Shown here piece by piece: positions 36,701 through 47,168 of a stretch of 64,000 nucleotides of DNA. Below the pieces are notes generated by a model. The model searched no databases, was not told the DNA's origin, and worked only from the letters and a program-made list of their open reading frames with translations. Position 1 is the first letter of the stretch. Every line of letters starts with the position of its first letter. The position numbers were made by a program, and so were the translations under genes. The stretch comes from Puccinia triticina (lineage: Eukaryota): positions 3,534,001 through 3,598,000 of the forward strand of contig CP110439.1 of the NCBI GenBank assembly GCA_026914245.1, given 5' to 3'.

Positions 36701-36898
36701 GTAAGGATCTCTGGAGAGTGGTGGCCTTGATAATGGGGGATTGAGAGATAATGGCATTGGTTGGTTTACTGGTTTTATTTTTTTTAGAGTTGATTTATAT
36801 TTTGCTGAATGAGTGTCTACAGTTTGTTGCTTTTGGTTGTTTTCCAGGGTTGCAGTTGTAAGGGAAGGGAACTGAAAACCTGGTCTCAATCTAAAAAA
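33767..36898 (-). CDS. Gypsy Pol (RT-RNase H-integrase), reached by a -1 frameshift
   Basis: LRIVHDLQKLN, LPQGATN, IFVDD, SVDSS, ELCG, H-H-C-C, SLDTV/VDGGSEF/NGMVER, WNGPY. The ORF is uninterrupted. Confidence 0.95.
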   Translation of the reverse strand, partial: FFRLRPGFQFPSLTTATLENNQKQQTVDTHSAKYKSTLKKIKPVNQPMPLSLNPPLSRPPLSRDPYLTPLSPFPPPFTPTSKITQGRLDLINFGPPGWLSPQEYLLLVWVIVIRQGALAFVETERGLLKHTYGQPYIIPVIPHEPWQQKPIPIPAPIKDQVIELVRERLSTGLYEQSFSSYSSPIFCVKKQDGKLRIVHDLQKLNKVTIKDAGLPPKTEELIESFTGRACYGLGDIMGGYDERELAPESRPLTTFETPLGRFQLTRLPQGATNSVAVYQAQMMWILQDELPQHMGIFVDDGGVKGPTSDYNEETLKDNPQIRRFIYEYAITLERILFRIEEAGLTISGKKFACCVPALDLVGHVVCKEGRRISIKKLNKIETWPTPTTPSDVRGFLGICVYVRMFIKNYSTLTAPLRRITRKDSSWDWTEDCQDAFEDLTRIVGTDITLKKLDYGPDAGLIKLSVDSSVIAAGAVLTQQDSDGLDRPVLYESVVFSPRESKYSQSKLELCGVAKIIKKLQTKLWGQHFQLRVDAQCLIGMINNPSLPNAPMNRWIGFIQLFSYDLVHTPGKTFTLPDGLSRRPPDSDEDDCPSFDEDETWIKPHPGFGTKHSSFGLLLGTSAKLGEGVSNLQQGIWKHLQEYLSTMNKPPGCSSLEFKQILHKSANFFLSNEVLHRINKPFSQIVVTSPSAQKSILNSLHESLGHRGIAETYRRIKLRFWWPGLKRGVTKWVQSCEACQKRSSKLPMEPKKPTGAATIFGRVSLDTVHIKAGKWKYLVIARDDLSGWVEAVGLEKIQAKKISQWFLDNWIYRYGAPWSVTVDGGSEFGQQFQKSLLESGIKIKVTTPYYPEANGMVERGHQAIKDTLVKLCGKEGKKWRNYLPLVLFADRISTKRSTGYSPYELVLGQPPILPIDLELETFFGVDWSKVESTQDLLLARTQQLENRDTILQQAHQQLMDSRKNSVDYWNKKKTSRQPLKKGQLVVVYNKSLDSQFGKLFENKWNGPYRIKAQNPGGSYILEELDGTELARRFAATHVKEYHSR

Positions 36899-39303
36899 TT
36901 TACCAGTCCAGAATTGGAAGGTATGCTGGTTTCCCACTTCTGATTACTGGGGAGTATGATTGGAACCAAAAAAGTCTGACCAGCTGAATCCATGATTGAA
37001 AGTGCTTCTCCTCTGGCTCCATTGTAGTTGATGTTAGCTGAGACATCCATCAAGAAAGGCTTTCCAATAATCATCTGAACTGGTCCTTTGGCTACCCAGA
37101 AATGAACTGTCCTGACTACTTTCCCAATGGTTACCTCCACATCTTCAGCAATTCCAGGTATATCAGTAAGGTGGCCTCCAATTCCTTTGAGCTTCATAGA
37201 TTTAGCAGTGAGTACCAATCCAAGTTTATGTGCAAGAGTTTCAGGAATAATGTTGACCATAGAGCCAGTATCCAAGAGTGCTTGATGTTTCTCTCCTCCA
37301 ATAGTGATGGTGATGTATCCAAGGGGGCAGGAGTAGTGAGTAGTGGGTTGCTCCTGTGCTGGTTCTTCTCCATCCTCCATGTCTGTGAAGTTTGCTGATT
37401 TGACACCATCCAATGGGACCCTTCTGTTGGTTATCTTCTTCCTAATACAGTCAGTAACTCCTGGTGATATAGCAAAGATTTCTCCAAAGGCCAACTCCAT
37501 CTTTCCTGCAGTCAACATCCTACTAGCCACTTCCTCTTCAATTCCTGGGTACTCCTTGGCCAAATTCTTTTCCAAATAGGTCTTCTTAACTGGTTTGTCC
37601 TTAGGTGCAGTGGTTGAATCCTTGTCCTTATCCTGGAATCTGACTTGAGGGGAGCCTTTTGAAGTAGGGGATTTGGAAGCACTAGGAGTAGGGGGCTGTG
37701 TCATGTGAAGTAATTCCTCTGTATCCATGTCCATTAGGTCCTGTTTCTCCTTCCTGATCCTTTTGTCTGACTTGGCTGGTTCCTCCTCATCCTGATCCTT
37801 AGAGTTGTTTCTGGTCCTCTTTCCAAGGTCTGCTTCATAACTGTGGGTTTGATAATAGGCTGGGTCCTCCTCTAGTTGGCCAAAAGAAGATGTGAGCTTA
37901 GTTTTAGAGTACTCTTCCACTGGGGTTCTGATTGGTCTGCTTGGAATCCATGGAATAACTGATTTGTCTGGAAGTTTGTAATCTCTTCCATCCTTGATAA
38001 CAGCACCACTAGACATGTCCTGGGCAAGTTGAGAGCAGCTGTTGGTTCCATGGGTTTCCTGATGACAATAATAGCATTTGAATGGCCAGGTCCTAGCAGG
38101 TTTGTCCATGTGGGGAGGTAGTCCTTTGCCAGCAGTGAGGGATGCAAGTTGTTTGGTAAGGAGTTCCACTTGTTTGTCCAGAGAAATAGAAGCAGTAGGA
38201 GCAGTTCCCTGAGTAGCAGGTGTGGGTTTGAAGGTCCTAGGTGAGTTGTCCAAAGTGAATTTCTCTTCTGCCCTCCATTCAGTGCTTCTGTTGACCACTG
38301 ATCTTGAGTAAACTTCCTGGTGAATGTAGGTAAGAAGAGTTTCAGTGTCTGGCAAGATATCACCTCCATCCTTTGAGGCTAGCATTTGATTGTCACTCAT
38401 CAAGCTCCTAGTAACTTTTTGATCCAGATCCTTGTGAAGAGTTTCCAAAAGAAGGTGTCTGAATTCCTCCAGGCTGGTACTGTACCCCATTCTTACCAAG
38501 TAGTGAGTGATGGTTTCAAACTTGTTTCTGAATGTGTTGAAGGTTTCCAAGGTGCTGATTCCTCCATCCTGAGCTGATTTGTGGACTAGTTTCCTGAGAT
38601 CCTCCCTGGTATATCTGACCAATGGCTGAGAGGTTCCAAATCTGGTGAGTAACTGTTTCTTCAGGGTTTCCCAATCCAAGTTTTCATGGCCTGACATGTC
38701 TTCCACTTCATCCTTAAGGTCCAACCCTTTGATAAAAGCAATGATTTGTCCAGCCAGTTCCTTAGAGTTAGCACCATCATCTCTTCCAGCACTTTCATAC
38801 CTTCTAATGAATTTCTCCACAGGCATGTTGGTTCCATCAAAGAAGAGCTCTTTGTCCATGGGTTTGATCTTTACTCCTCTACTGACAGGATCCTCATACC
38901 TAGGCATAGCTGGTTCCCTATTTAAAAAGTGAGTGTTGGACCTGGTAGAGTGTGTTGAGTCATCCCTTTGGCGCTGGAACCTGGGAAAGCGGGGTGGTGG
39001 CGCATTTAAATCCTCTGAATCTTCTGAAGGCTGATTGGTATCTCTATATCCTGTGTATCTAGGAATACTGGAAGTTTGAGGTCCAAGTGGAGGTCTGTAA
39101 GAACTGGAGTTGACTTGTGGAGTAGAAGAACCCTGGGGATCTGGAGCATTGGAAGAAGCCTGTGGACCTGGACCATTGGGAGGAACCTGAGTCTGACCAG
39201 CGTTGGAAGTGGTGGAGTCCTGAAATGCAGCATTACTGGAAGGATCCACTGGAGGGTAAAGACTGGGAGCAACATTGGTGTTGGGGGATCCTTGGGCAGA
39301 CAT
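36886..39303 (-). CDS. Gypsy Gag-protease
   Basis: FFDGTNMPVEKFIRRYE capsid-like region, CYYCHQETHGTNSC knuckle, ALLDTGS...IIGKPF protease. Uninterrupted, 805 aa. Confidence 0.93.
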   Translation of the reverse strand: MSAQGSPNTNVAPSLYPPVDPSSNAAFQDSTTSNAGQTQVPPNGPGPQASSNAPDPQGSSTPQVNSSSYRPPLGPQTSSIPRYTGYRDTNQPSEDSEDLNAPPPRFPRFQRQRDDSTHSTRSNTHFLNREPAMPRYEDPVSRGVKIKPMDKELFFDGTNMPVEKFIRRYESAGRDDGANSKELAGQIIAFIKGLDLKDEVEDMSGHENLDWETLKKQLLTRFGTSQPLVRYTREDLRKLVHKSAQDGGISTLETFNTFRNKFETITHYLVRMGYSTSLEEFRHLLLETLHKDLDQKVTRSLMSDNQMLASKDGGDILPDTETLLTYIHQEVYSRSVVNRSTEWRAEEKFTLDNSPRTFKPTPATQGTAPTASISLDKQVELLTKQLASLTAGKGLPPHMDKPARTWPFKCYYCHQETHGTNSCSQLAQDMSSGAVIKDGRDYKLPDKSVIPWIPSRPIRTPVEEYSKTKLTSSFGQLEEDPAYYQTHSYEADLGKRTRNNSKDQDEEEPAKSDKRIRKEKQDLMDMDTEELLHMTQPPTPSASKSPTSKGSPQVRFQDKDKDSTTAPKDKPVKKTYLEKNLAKEYPGIEEEVASRMLTAGKMELAFGEIFAISPGVTDCIRKKITNRRVPLDGVKSANFTDMEDGEEPAQEQPTTHYSCPLGYITITIGGEKHQALLDTGSMVNIIPETLAHKLGLVLTAKSMKLKGIGGHLTDIPGIAEDVEVTIGKVVRTVHFWVAKGPVQMIIGKPFLMDVSANINYNGARGEALSIMDSAGQTFLVPIILPSNQKWETSIPSNSGLVNFLD

Positions 39304-39527
39304 GATTGAAGCAGATAAGTTGACTCTAAATCTGAAGGGTGTTGAGGGTTGATAGTGGAGATGCTGATAGTGTTACTGTTGGTTGAAGTTGATTCTAAAA
39401 GCAGGGAGTTGATTTATAAAGAAAGGAGTATGAGGAGTGTAGGTGAAGTAGTATGTAGCTGATGGTAAGAGTGTTACTAGAGCTGAAGATATCTGAAGTA
39501 TAGAAAAGCCACTGTTGGGACACCACT

Positions 39528-40558
39528 TGTGGAACTACTGAACAAACAGAAAAGAGCTTGGAGGGGAAATAGACAACTACACTAGTAATAATGTAGGTTG
39601 AAGCTAAGGGTGCTGTTGAGGCTGCCCTCCTATCTAATGCTGGAGTTGGTGAGAGTTACACTAAGAAAAAGAAGAAAGAAAAGGGTGTGGCTTGAGTTCT
39701 ACTAATCCTTAGTGAGGTCTAGAATAAGGAGTTTATGTATATCAACCAATGTCTAGTTGGAATACCACAAGCTTGAGGATGAGGTGAGTGGAAATGAGGG
39801 TTGTGAGCAAATGTGCAAAAGGATGAGAGGTTGAGAGCAAAGTATGTGATGGGGTTCAATTCTGAGTTCAATATGGGAGGTGATAGCAAAGATATGCAAG
39901 TGATGATAGTCTAGCAAAGAGTACAATCTGAGGAGAAGGGTAAGAGCAAAGTGTGCAAGTGATGAGAGTTATACTATGGGGGGGGATAATCCAAAACAAA
40001 CCAGCATGAGGGGGAAGTACAGCAGCTGAGGGGAGTTTATAAGTGAAAGAAACCACAGGGGGGTACAAGGATGAGCACAGACATGGGAATTCTGGCTATG
40101 GGAAGAAAGACTGTACAAATGGGGAAGGTGATGTGAACATAGTAACAGCTTGTAATGATGAGCACTACTAAAGGAGGTGAGCACAGATCCAATGATGCAA
40201 TGTGTGCAAATAGGGATAGTACATAATGAGTAATGTCTGTAAAGGGTTTAATATGTGAGAAAGTAACTGTAAGAGGAAAGTACTGTAATGATTTAAGTCA
40301 GTTACTAATGAAATGAGTGTTGTAACCAATGAAGACTGTAGGTTTTCTGTAAATCTTATATCCTTTATAACTATTGAACCATTAAAGATAAAGGGGTACT
40401 ATGTATGAGTGACTATAGGTGAAATTTGGCGTAGAATCTGAATATGCAATAATAATGAGGTATTTGTGAAGGGTTATAAGAAGATGGGCAATGTAATGAT
40501 GAATATATGTAAAGAAAAGCAATAAAATACTACTTATGGTTTGGAATGGAGCACCACA
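39528..40558 (-). repeat. 5' LTR (1031 bp)
   Basis: Homologous to 29799-30761, adjacent to the PBS. Confidence 0.93.
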
Positions 40559-40719
40559 ACGCGACGTTATAAGTGATAAATGGGCAAATTTATCACGCGC
40601 TACCCAAAGTTTGCCCCCTGTCTCCACCAAAATTTTGGAACCCCCGGGGTTCACGTGTGATAAATTTGCACACTTATCACGTAGAACACGGCGTCCAAAC
40701 GGGGCCTAAGGAATCAATA

Positions 40720-41340
40720 TTAATCAATCAACAATATAAAATCTGAGCATGTGAAAAACCCACCACCAGTCTTGTAGTTGTAAGATTTGAGATCAGTAGT
40801 TGCTTTTGAGTGGCTCAAATCTTGTGGATTTGCTTTGGTAACTTCACATGGTTCCTCGCCAGCGACCAACTCTTTTCCTTTTGGAAGTGCTTCTGGAGAC
40901 ACATTGAGCAAGTTGTGACCATTTGGTAGGAAACTTTCATCCTCTTGATGTTCAGTGTTGCTTGGATTTTCAATTGAATGGGCTAATAATTCCTCAAAAC
41001 AAGGCATCAACTCAGCAGAAGCGACAGAATTTGGGTTTGGTGCGGCATCAGAGGGCGGGGAACGGTGGTCCAATGGAGGCGCTGGAGCCGGGACAGATGC
41101 TACAGCGGGATTCAAGGCCAGAAACATAGCAGAAAGTGTTGCATTTGCAACCATACCTTTGGCAAGACTGTGACACCAGTGTTGGGGGTGCCGGTGTTTG
41201 GGTTGCTTGACATGTTTGGCTTGATGGAGTGCAGTGTGCTTGCTTTCTGGGTTGAATGTGATTGAGTGCAGGGGGCTTTCTGAGTTGAAAATATGGAGTG
41301 CTGGAGAGTGAGTGCGCTGATCAATCTGAATTGACAAGTT
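40720..41340 (-). mobile_element. Probable 5' portion of the same MULE, displaced by the MITE and gypsy insertions
   Basis: Same strand and similar CpG-poor composition; contiguous with 29780 once 29783-40706 is removed. Confidence 0.45.
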
Positions 41341-43225
41341 GGCGTGAGTGCAAAATTGATGTGGAGTTTTCTGTTAAATTATTTGAGAACATAAAATAGT
41401 TCACCGGTGGGGTGGTGAGGTGGATATGCCATAGCTGTAGGGAGAACTAAGGCACTCCCTCACCCACCATCTAGTCAAAAATATGAAATTGGAGTGCGGG
41501 TTCTGAATACTCCAAGTGCTACTGATTGTATCATGGGTTCACCACTGAATATTGCAGGGACATGAGTGCCATTCTCTGCACTCCACCGGCATTGGTGTCC
41601 TATTCTCAGTGCTCCATGTGTATTGGAGTACGGTGTGAGAATAAAGGATGGTTAGTAGGTAGAAATGACCACTATCTGCCTTCTTCAAGAATATATGTGT
41701 CTGGGCTGAGTGATTATTGGTGTCTTGGCTCTGCACTGCTACTTTCCACTAGCCTTTAGCGCTCCTCAGTGAGCCTGATCTATAGCGTGATAATCCTCAA
41801 GTGAATAAAGGTCCGCACTCCGCAAGCACAAATCTGTTGAATTCTTGGCTGACAGTTAATAGACAGCTCTCCGCGCGGAGCGCACCCTGCACCAAATCTA
41901 TGTTATCATCAAACCAAACCTAATCGGATGCCTCGCTCTAGTATTGCCTCGTCACTTCCCTCATACTGTTCTTTATCCCTCATCTGATGTTCAATCACTA
42001 TTATGGCAAACTCAAGATCAAGACGACTCTATCCTTGGCCAACCACATTGGCTCAATATCCTACTTGCGTGTTTAGCAAAGCCTTAACTCTGGACAGCCT
42101 TTGTGGCTTCCAACTTGGTGAGAAATGCATCCACATTTCCTAGTCGCTCATCCTCTTGGCTTCACTCCTCAGTCCCCGGTCAACACACTAACCTTCTATC
42201 TTGTTTCATCAGTCATTAGTCTCAGATCATTGTCACTTTACTCCTTTCCCCAATACTCCTTATTACCTATATTATTGGGTTTGTTTTTCTTAATGTTTCT
42301 GTCAATTTCTTTCACAAGTCCACTGAGCCTTCTTACTTCCATCTCAGTCTCTGGCCCAATCTCTCCAGCTTCATCAAAATTATCTTGTCCATCATTTTCT
42401 ATTTTAACAGTTGATCAGGGTTTGTTTATTCTTACTATCTTTCTTTTCTTCCGATACTGTTCATTGTTCTTACCTTCTGTTTCAGTCTCTGATTTTGGTT
42501 CTTAGAAATAAAAGTCAAATTCTATCAAAATCTGCAAGAGTAATCCCGTAAGCAAAAGATAAGGTCACATAAAACTCTTCTGATACTCTAGTACATCCTT
42601 AAGTTGTGTGTACAATAATGAGTAGTAAGTAGGATGATAGAAAAGAATAGAGAAGAGAAACCATGAACATCCACCCCCTTCCTTCCCTCCACACACATCT
42701 TTGTTCCCACCCAATCCCGCGGGTCCGGCACTTTCCTGCACTAGTCCGTCAACTCCGCCTGATTTCCCGCACATCATTGTCCCAGACTGTGCTCCTCTCC
42801 AACGCTTGACCTCCCACGCCCTCTGTCTAGCCCCCGTCAGTCAGTCTCTCACCAACGCCTCCGCACAAGTTCCACCCTCTGGTGGAAACCGCTTTGGCTG
42901 CCTTGGTGCTGACACCCGGCTGCTACCAGTCCTCAAGTGTAGCCCGCCGCAGTCCAGCCCTGTCTTTCTGCTCTGGTCCAAATATCCAATCTGTGCATTC
43001 CATAAGCTTTCTTAGTGTGCTTTTCTGAAATCATCCTCAGTGTTTATGTCACCGCAATGCACTCTGCGCTCAGCCGCTCTGTGTATTCCTGCCCATGTTA
43101 CCTCCGAGTGGACATTCTACCATGCCTGCCCATATAAATCACCACAACGGACTGATGCGCTCCAGATTTGTTTGGAGTGCATCCAATTTGTACTCATTTT
43201 TGGAGTGTATGGAGTGCATTTAGGC

Positions 43226-43605
43226 AGGACCCCGGAAAGCCCCAACCAAGCCGCCTCATGTAAATTTTGCCAATTCCGGGTTTTTTATACGTGGGAAAAT
43301 TGGGTTTTTCCCACTTGGACCCGGTTTGGATACGTAGTACATGAGGAGTATTTTTTGGGAGAAAGGCCCACCGGGGCAAAATTAGACAAAAAAAAACTTT
43401 TTTGGCTGGGAATTGAACCCAAGACCTAAAAAATTGGTTTTTCTTTCCACACAAGCCAAAAATATACCAATTACATTACAAACATCTTGAAAAAAAAATC
43501 AATTTAGATACGTATCCGGTGATTTACATGAGGAGGATTTTGCAAAAAAATGTCCCCTGGATATGTGTTACATGAGGCGGCTTGGTAGGGGCTCTCCGGG
43601 GTCCT
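43226..43605. mobile_element. MITE (about 380 bp) with about 38-bp TIRs
   Basis: AGGACCCCGGAAAGCCCCAACCAAGCCGCCTCATGTAA versus TTACATGAGGCGGCTTGGTAGGGGCTCTCCGGGGTCCT. TSD ambiguous, possibly TA a few bases further out. Confidence 0.8.
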
Positions 43606-43714
43606 ATTTATAAGGTGTTTCTATCACATCAATTCATTTTTCATCTTGAATATTCCAAGTCATCTTTCTGTTGTAGTGGGGAAGAAGGTCATACAAGTGG
43701 TGCAACAGCTATGG

Positions 43715-43929
43715 CCCTTGGGCCTCTGCGGGCCGTACCCGCGGGAATTGAGAACAGGATGCAGGTATACCCGTGGCCCGTCAATCCTGCGGGTACCCTG
43801 TTCCTGTTCCTGATTCCCGCGGGGACGGCTAGGGCTGCTTGATTTTGGTACCTGAGTGAGGGGTGTACCCTTGGGACGGCGCTGGGCTGGCACAAAGTGG
43901 CCGGGTACCCCGCAGGATCCAGCCCTAGT
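43715..43929. mobile_element. GC-rich hAT-MITE-like end fragment
   Basis: Repeated GGGTACCC/CCCGCGGG motifs ending CCAGCCCTA. Similar in style to 26004-26160. Confidence 0.35.
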
Positions 43930-44656
43930 ATGAATCCACTCCTCTGTCTGTTTCTTCAATTGATTATTGTTATTGTACAATATTCTCTCACATTTTTGCA
44001 AAGACATAAATATCTGATTGCTCTCCAGCTGTATTGCTCATTGTACTCCTCCATCTTGTCCTGATGATCCCCGTCCCCAATTAGCATTACTAGAGGGCTT
44101 CCTGTCAAGATCCACTGGTCCTGTAGAACCGGATCTGAAGCCTCTGGTACTGAAATTTAAGGCAGTAAATCAAGTAGCTGCAGATTTGATGGCAAGTGGA
44201 GGACTTTCCATTGATCTGCAGCCATGTGGTCAGAAAGTGACATAAGAAACTCAAATATGTATGAGTTTTGAACTTTGATGAATATGGTGTCTTGGAGCCT
44301 GAGGTATGACGTAATGAAGATGTCTACAAGGGTTTGCAATTGCTTCTTGTCAAAGACCCCATGAACACTGCTCATCTGGATTCTGCATACACGTGAGATG
44401 TGAGATGGAGTTTTAGATTTCAAATTCAGCATACAAAATTGAAGAGGAACTCAATGGTTGATTCGGCCAGAAATACTTCAGGCAAGCTGGAACACCAGCA
44501 GATAGAAACCCAAACAGGTATGCAGTGTTCCATAAAAAATAACAATCTTGACTTTCAAATCCCTCAATTGACTTGTCAAAGAAAAGTTTTTTTGATTCAC
44601 TACAGAGTTGGTTACTGAGGGCTTTCAAGACCTGAAAATCAAATACTATCTACCTC

Positions 44657-46101
44657 ATGGCCACAATCTCTCACTTAAGCCACTGTGCAGAAGGAGAATC
44701 TCTTAAACCAGCTAGAATCCTGCTTACTGCCCACATTATGTGGCCAACTCATCAGTCTCTCAGACTACCTCATTCCACTTGGCTTACGGAAAGAGCCAGC
44801 GTCAAAGCTCAGAGTTGTCTTACAGATCCAATTGCAACTTGAATGGCTAGACGAAATTATAACATTGATTCTCCTCATCTGCCCAGAACCCTCAAGTACA
44901 CCAAACCGATTTGATTACCAACACCTGAAACAATTCAAGTCATGTAGGCTTCACAGCAACACCGCAAGAGCTACGCTACGCAAAGCGGTAAGCGTAGCAA
45001 AAGCGTAGCGATTTGGGTCCCACTTCGCTGCGCTTTTAGTAGCGGACTGAGCGCTACGCTTTTTGCTTTTTTTTTCAAGCAGAAAAGATCCGCAAAAATA
45101 GCGAGCTATTTTCAGTGGTGAATAGCGGAATTCCGCTACGCTTATTGCTACAGTAGCGGAAAAAACGCTACTTTAGTGATTTTGCTGCGCTACTGTAGCA
45201 ACATTCCAATATCAATCCCCAGCATCATAATTGATGGAGGATTGATGATTAATTTTCATCTAAGGCAGTTTCCACAGAAAGGCGGACTGGCCCGCTACGC
45301 TTTTTCAAGAAAATCTGCCCCATTCGCTACGCTTTGGGCGCTACAAGGCGCTAATAGCGCCAAAAAGCGCCGATTTCGCCGCTACGCTCAGCTTTAGCGA
45401 AAGCGGAAAAAAGTTCGCTGCGCTATGCGCTAATCATATTTAAAGTAGTGGTACTGGCGCTTCGCTACCGGTTTAAGTAGCGGCCTTCTGCTCGCGCTAT
45501 CGCTAATTGTCATTTGAAAAAGTGGTACCCCCGCTTCGCTACACAAAAGCGCCGCTTTTTGTAGCAAAGCGTAGCTCTTGCGGTGTTGTTCACAGCATAA
45601 AAGAGAGCTTTGGTTACACAACTAAGAACATTTCTCTAGTCTTTGAGGCAAGCAAGGACCTAATTGGTAAAACCTTGATCTGGCCAGCACAACATAGTCG
45701 CCTTACTCACACACTTTCTCGGCAGGAATGGGTAGCTCAACATATGTTTGACTTGATTGAATGGACAATTGAAAGCATAAGAGGATCTGGCTTAGAAGTT
45801 GCCCAACTGGTTTGGCCATGCAATCTAGATTATATAGAAAATATTATAAAGATACCCCTATGAAGTGTCCTTGACAAAGCTTGTCTGGGAACTGGTCATC
45901 CACCTTGCTCAATTAGCATTAGGACTTGTAAAGATATCAAAGCTATTTTTTACCAAATTATCAAAAGACAAGATGAATATGAGGCGGCTTCCATTATTTA
46001 CCGGAATGTGTTCCAAAAAAATCAAATCTTTGGCTCAATGTGCTCACTTAATTGGTGGCAATATCACACTTCTGCACCAGGAAAAAAAAGTAGTCACTTG
46101 A
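44657..46101 (+). pseudogene. Degenerate member of a helical, probably rust-specific gene family, interrupted by a MITE
   Basis: LLPTLCGQL...EPASKL...ICPEP...DYQHLKQFKSCRLHS rejoins IKESF... in frame after removing 44957-45595. Several stops remain. Confidence 0.6.
44957..45588. mobile_element. 632-bp MITE with a 7-bp TSD (P-element-like)
   Basis: 21-bp TIR CAACACCGCAAGAGCTACGCT, TTCACAG at 44950-44956 and 45589-45595, and many GCTAC/GTAGC/TAGCG repeats. Confidence 0.9.
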
Positions 46102-46224
46102 TGGCAAGTGACATGATTCAGCTTTGTTTTCAGCTCCAACACTGCTCCAATGCTGCTCCTCTCCACCAGCACATCTAGGGCTCACATGACAGGTGTCAGG
46201 ATCAAAGCACTCAATGTGACAAAA

Positions 46225-46320
46225 CCAGATGATGCTAAGCTTTGGCCCTGGCCCAGCTGATGCTCAGCTTTTACCCTGGCTCAGCTGATGCTCAGTTTTT
46301 TCCCTGGCCCAGCTTGTCAG
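46225..46320 (+). repeat. Tandem GCTGATGCTCAGCTT...CCCTGGC units
   Basis: Three units of 27-28 bp; same family as 51475-51960. Confidence 0.7.
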
Positions 46321-46371
46321 CCACTGAGACAATTGTCCATGTGTCTACAATGATAATTACAAGTCATGTAA

Positions 46372-47168
46372 AACTGCGGGCATCTTGATGTCGCTGCGGA
46401 CCGCAGCGACATCTGACGATTCAGTGGGGATTCAAACCCCGCGCAACAAGTATTGCAGCAACACTTGGCCGGCTGTCCATCAGCCGGCCACCAGGGTATG
46501 TACACACACCGCACCTCTCAATGGCTGGCACAACGACCGGTCACCGATAGGAGTACGCACTCCTCTCGATGGCTGGCCCAAGGACCGGCCATCAGGAGGA
46601 GTCCTTGTGCCGGCCATTGAGAGTTGTCCACACTCCTCTCGATGACCAGCATAACAACTGGTCATCGGGAGGAGGAGTCCACACTCCTCTCGATGACCAG
46701 CACAAGGACCGGTCATCGGGAGGAGGAATCCATACTCCTCTCAATTCCAACACAGGCCGGCGTTGAGAGGAGTACGTGCACCTTGATGCCCGGTCTGTGC
46801 CGTCCATCAACGGAGGTGTGTATGTACTCCTCCTGATGACCAGGCCTTGGGCCAGCCATTGAGAGGAGTGCGTACTCCTCTCGGTTGCCAGTTGTTGTGC
46901 CGGCCATCGAGAGGTGTCTGTACTCCTCTTGACGCCGGTGTGTGCTGGCATCAAGAGGAGTGTGGACTCCTCCCAATGACCGGTCCATGAGCTGGTCACC
47001 AAGAGGAGTGAGAGGAGTGTGTAATCCTCTCAATGGCCGGCACAAGGACCGGTCATTGAGAGGTTGTTATGTACATATGTACTGCGGTGGCCAGCAAATC
47101 AGCTGGCCAGATGTTGCTGCAGATGACGCTGCATTCTGGTATGTAGCGACAGCGAGATGCCCGCAGTA
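46372..47168. mobile_element. Non-autonomous TIR element with GATGACC/GGTCAT and GAGAGGAG repeats, TAA TSD
   Basis: TIR ACTGCGGGCATCT / AGATGCCCGCAGT. TAA at 46369-46371 and 47169-47171. Confidence 0.8.

Larger units (their letters stand above)
29799..40558 (-). mobile_element. Full-length Ty3/gypsy retrotransposon with a 3-kb accessory region
   Basis: LTRs TGTGG...CCACA, ACGC TSD (29795-29798 and 40559-40562), PBS TGGTGTCCCAACAGTGGC at about 39508-39525, PPT at 30762-30775, order gag-PR / RT-RH-IN. Confidence 0.97.
29783..40706. mobile_element. Tourist-like MITE (about 160 bp: 29783-29798 and 40563-40706) split by the gypsy
   Basis: TIR GGCCCCGTTTGGACGC / GCGTCCAAACGGGGCC with TAA on both sides. 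Confidence 0.88.

Noticed and set aside
39508..39525. Assigning a specific tRNA to the gypsy PBS TGGTGTCCCAACAGTGGC
   Set aside because: It cannot be matched reliably without the host tRNA set, and it does not match the tRNA-Leu in this window.
41430..41476. Possible Helitron 3' end (GGGAG...CTCCC hairpin, then CTAG-T)
   Set aside because: The stem is short, and no 5' TC end or Rep/helicase remnant was found.
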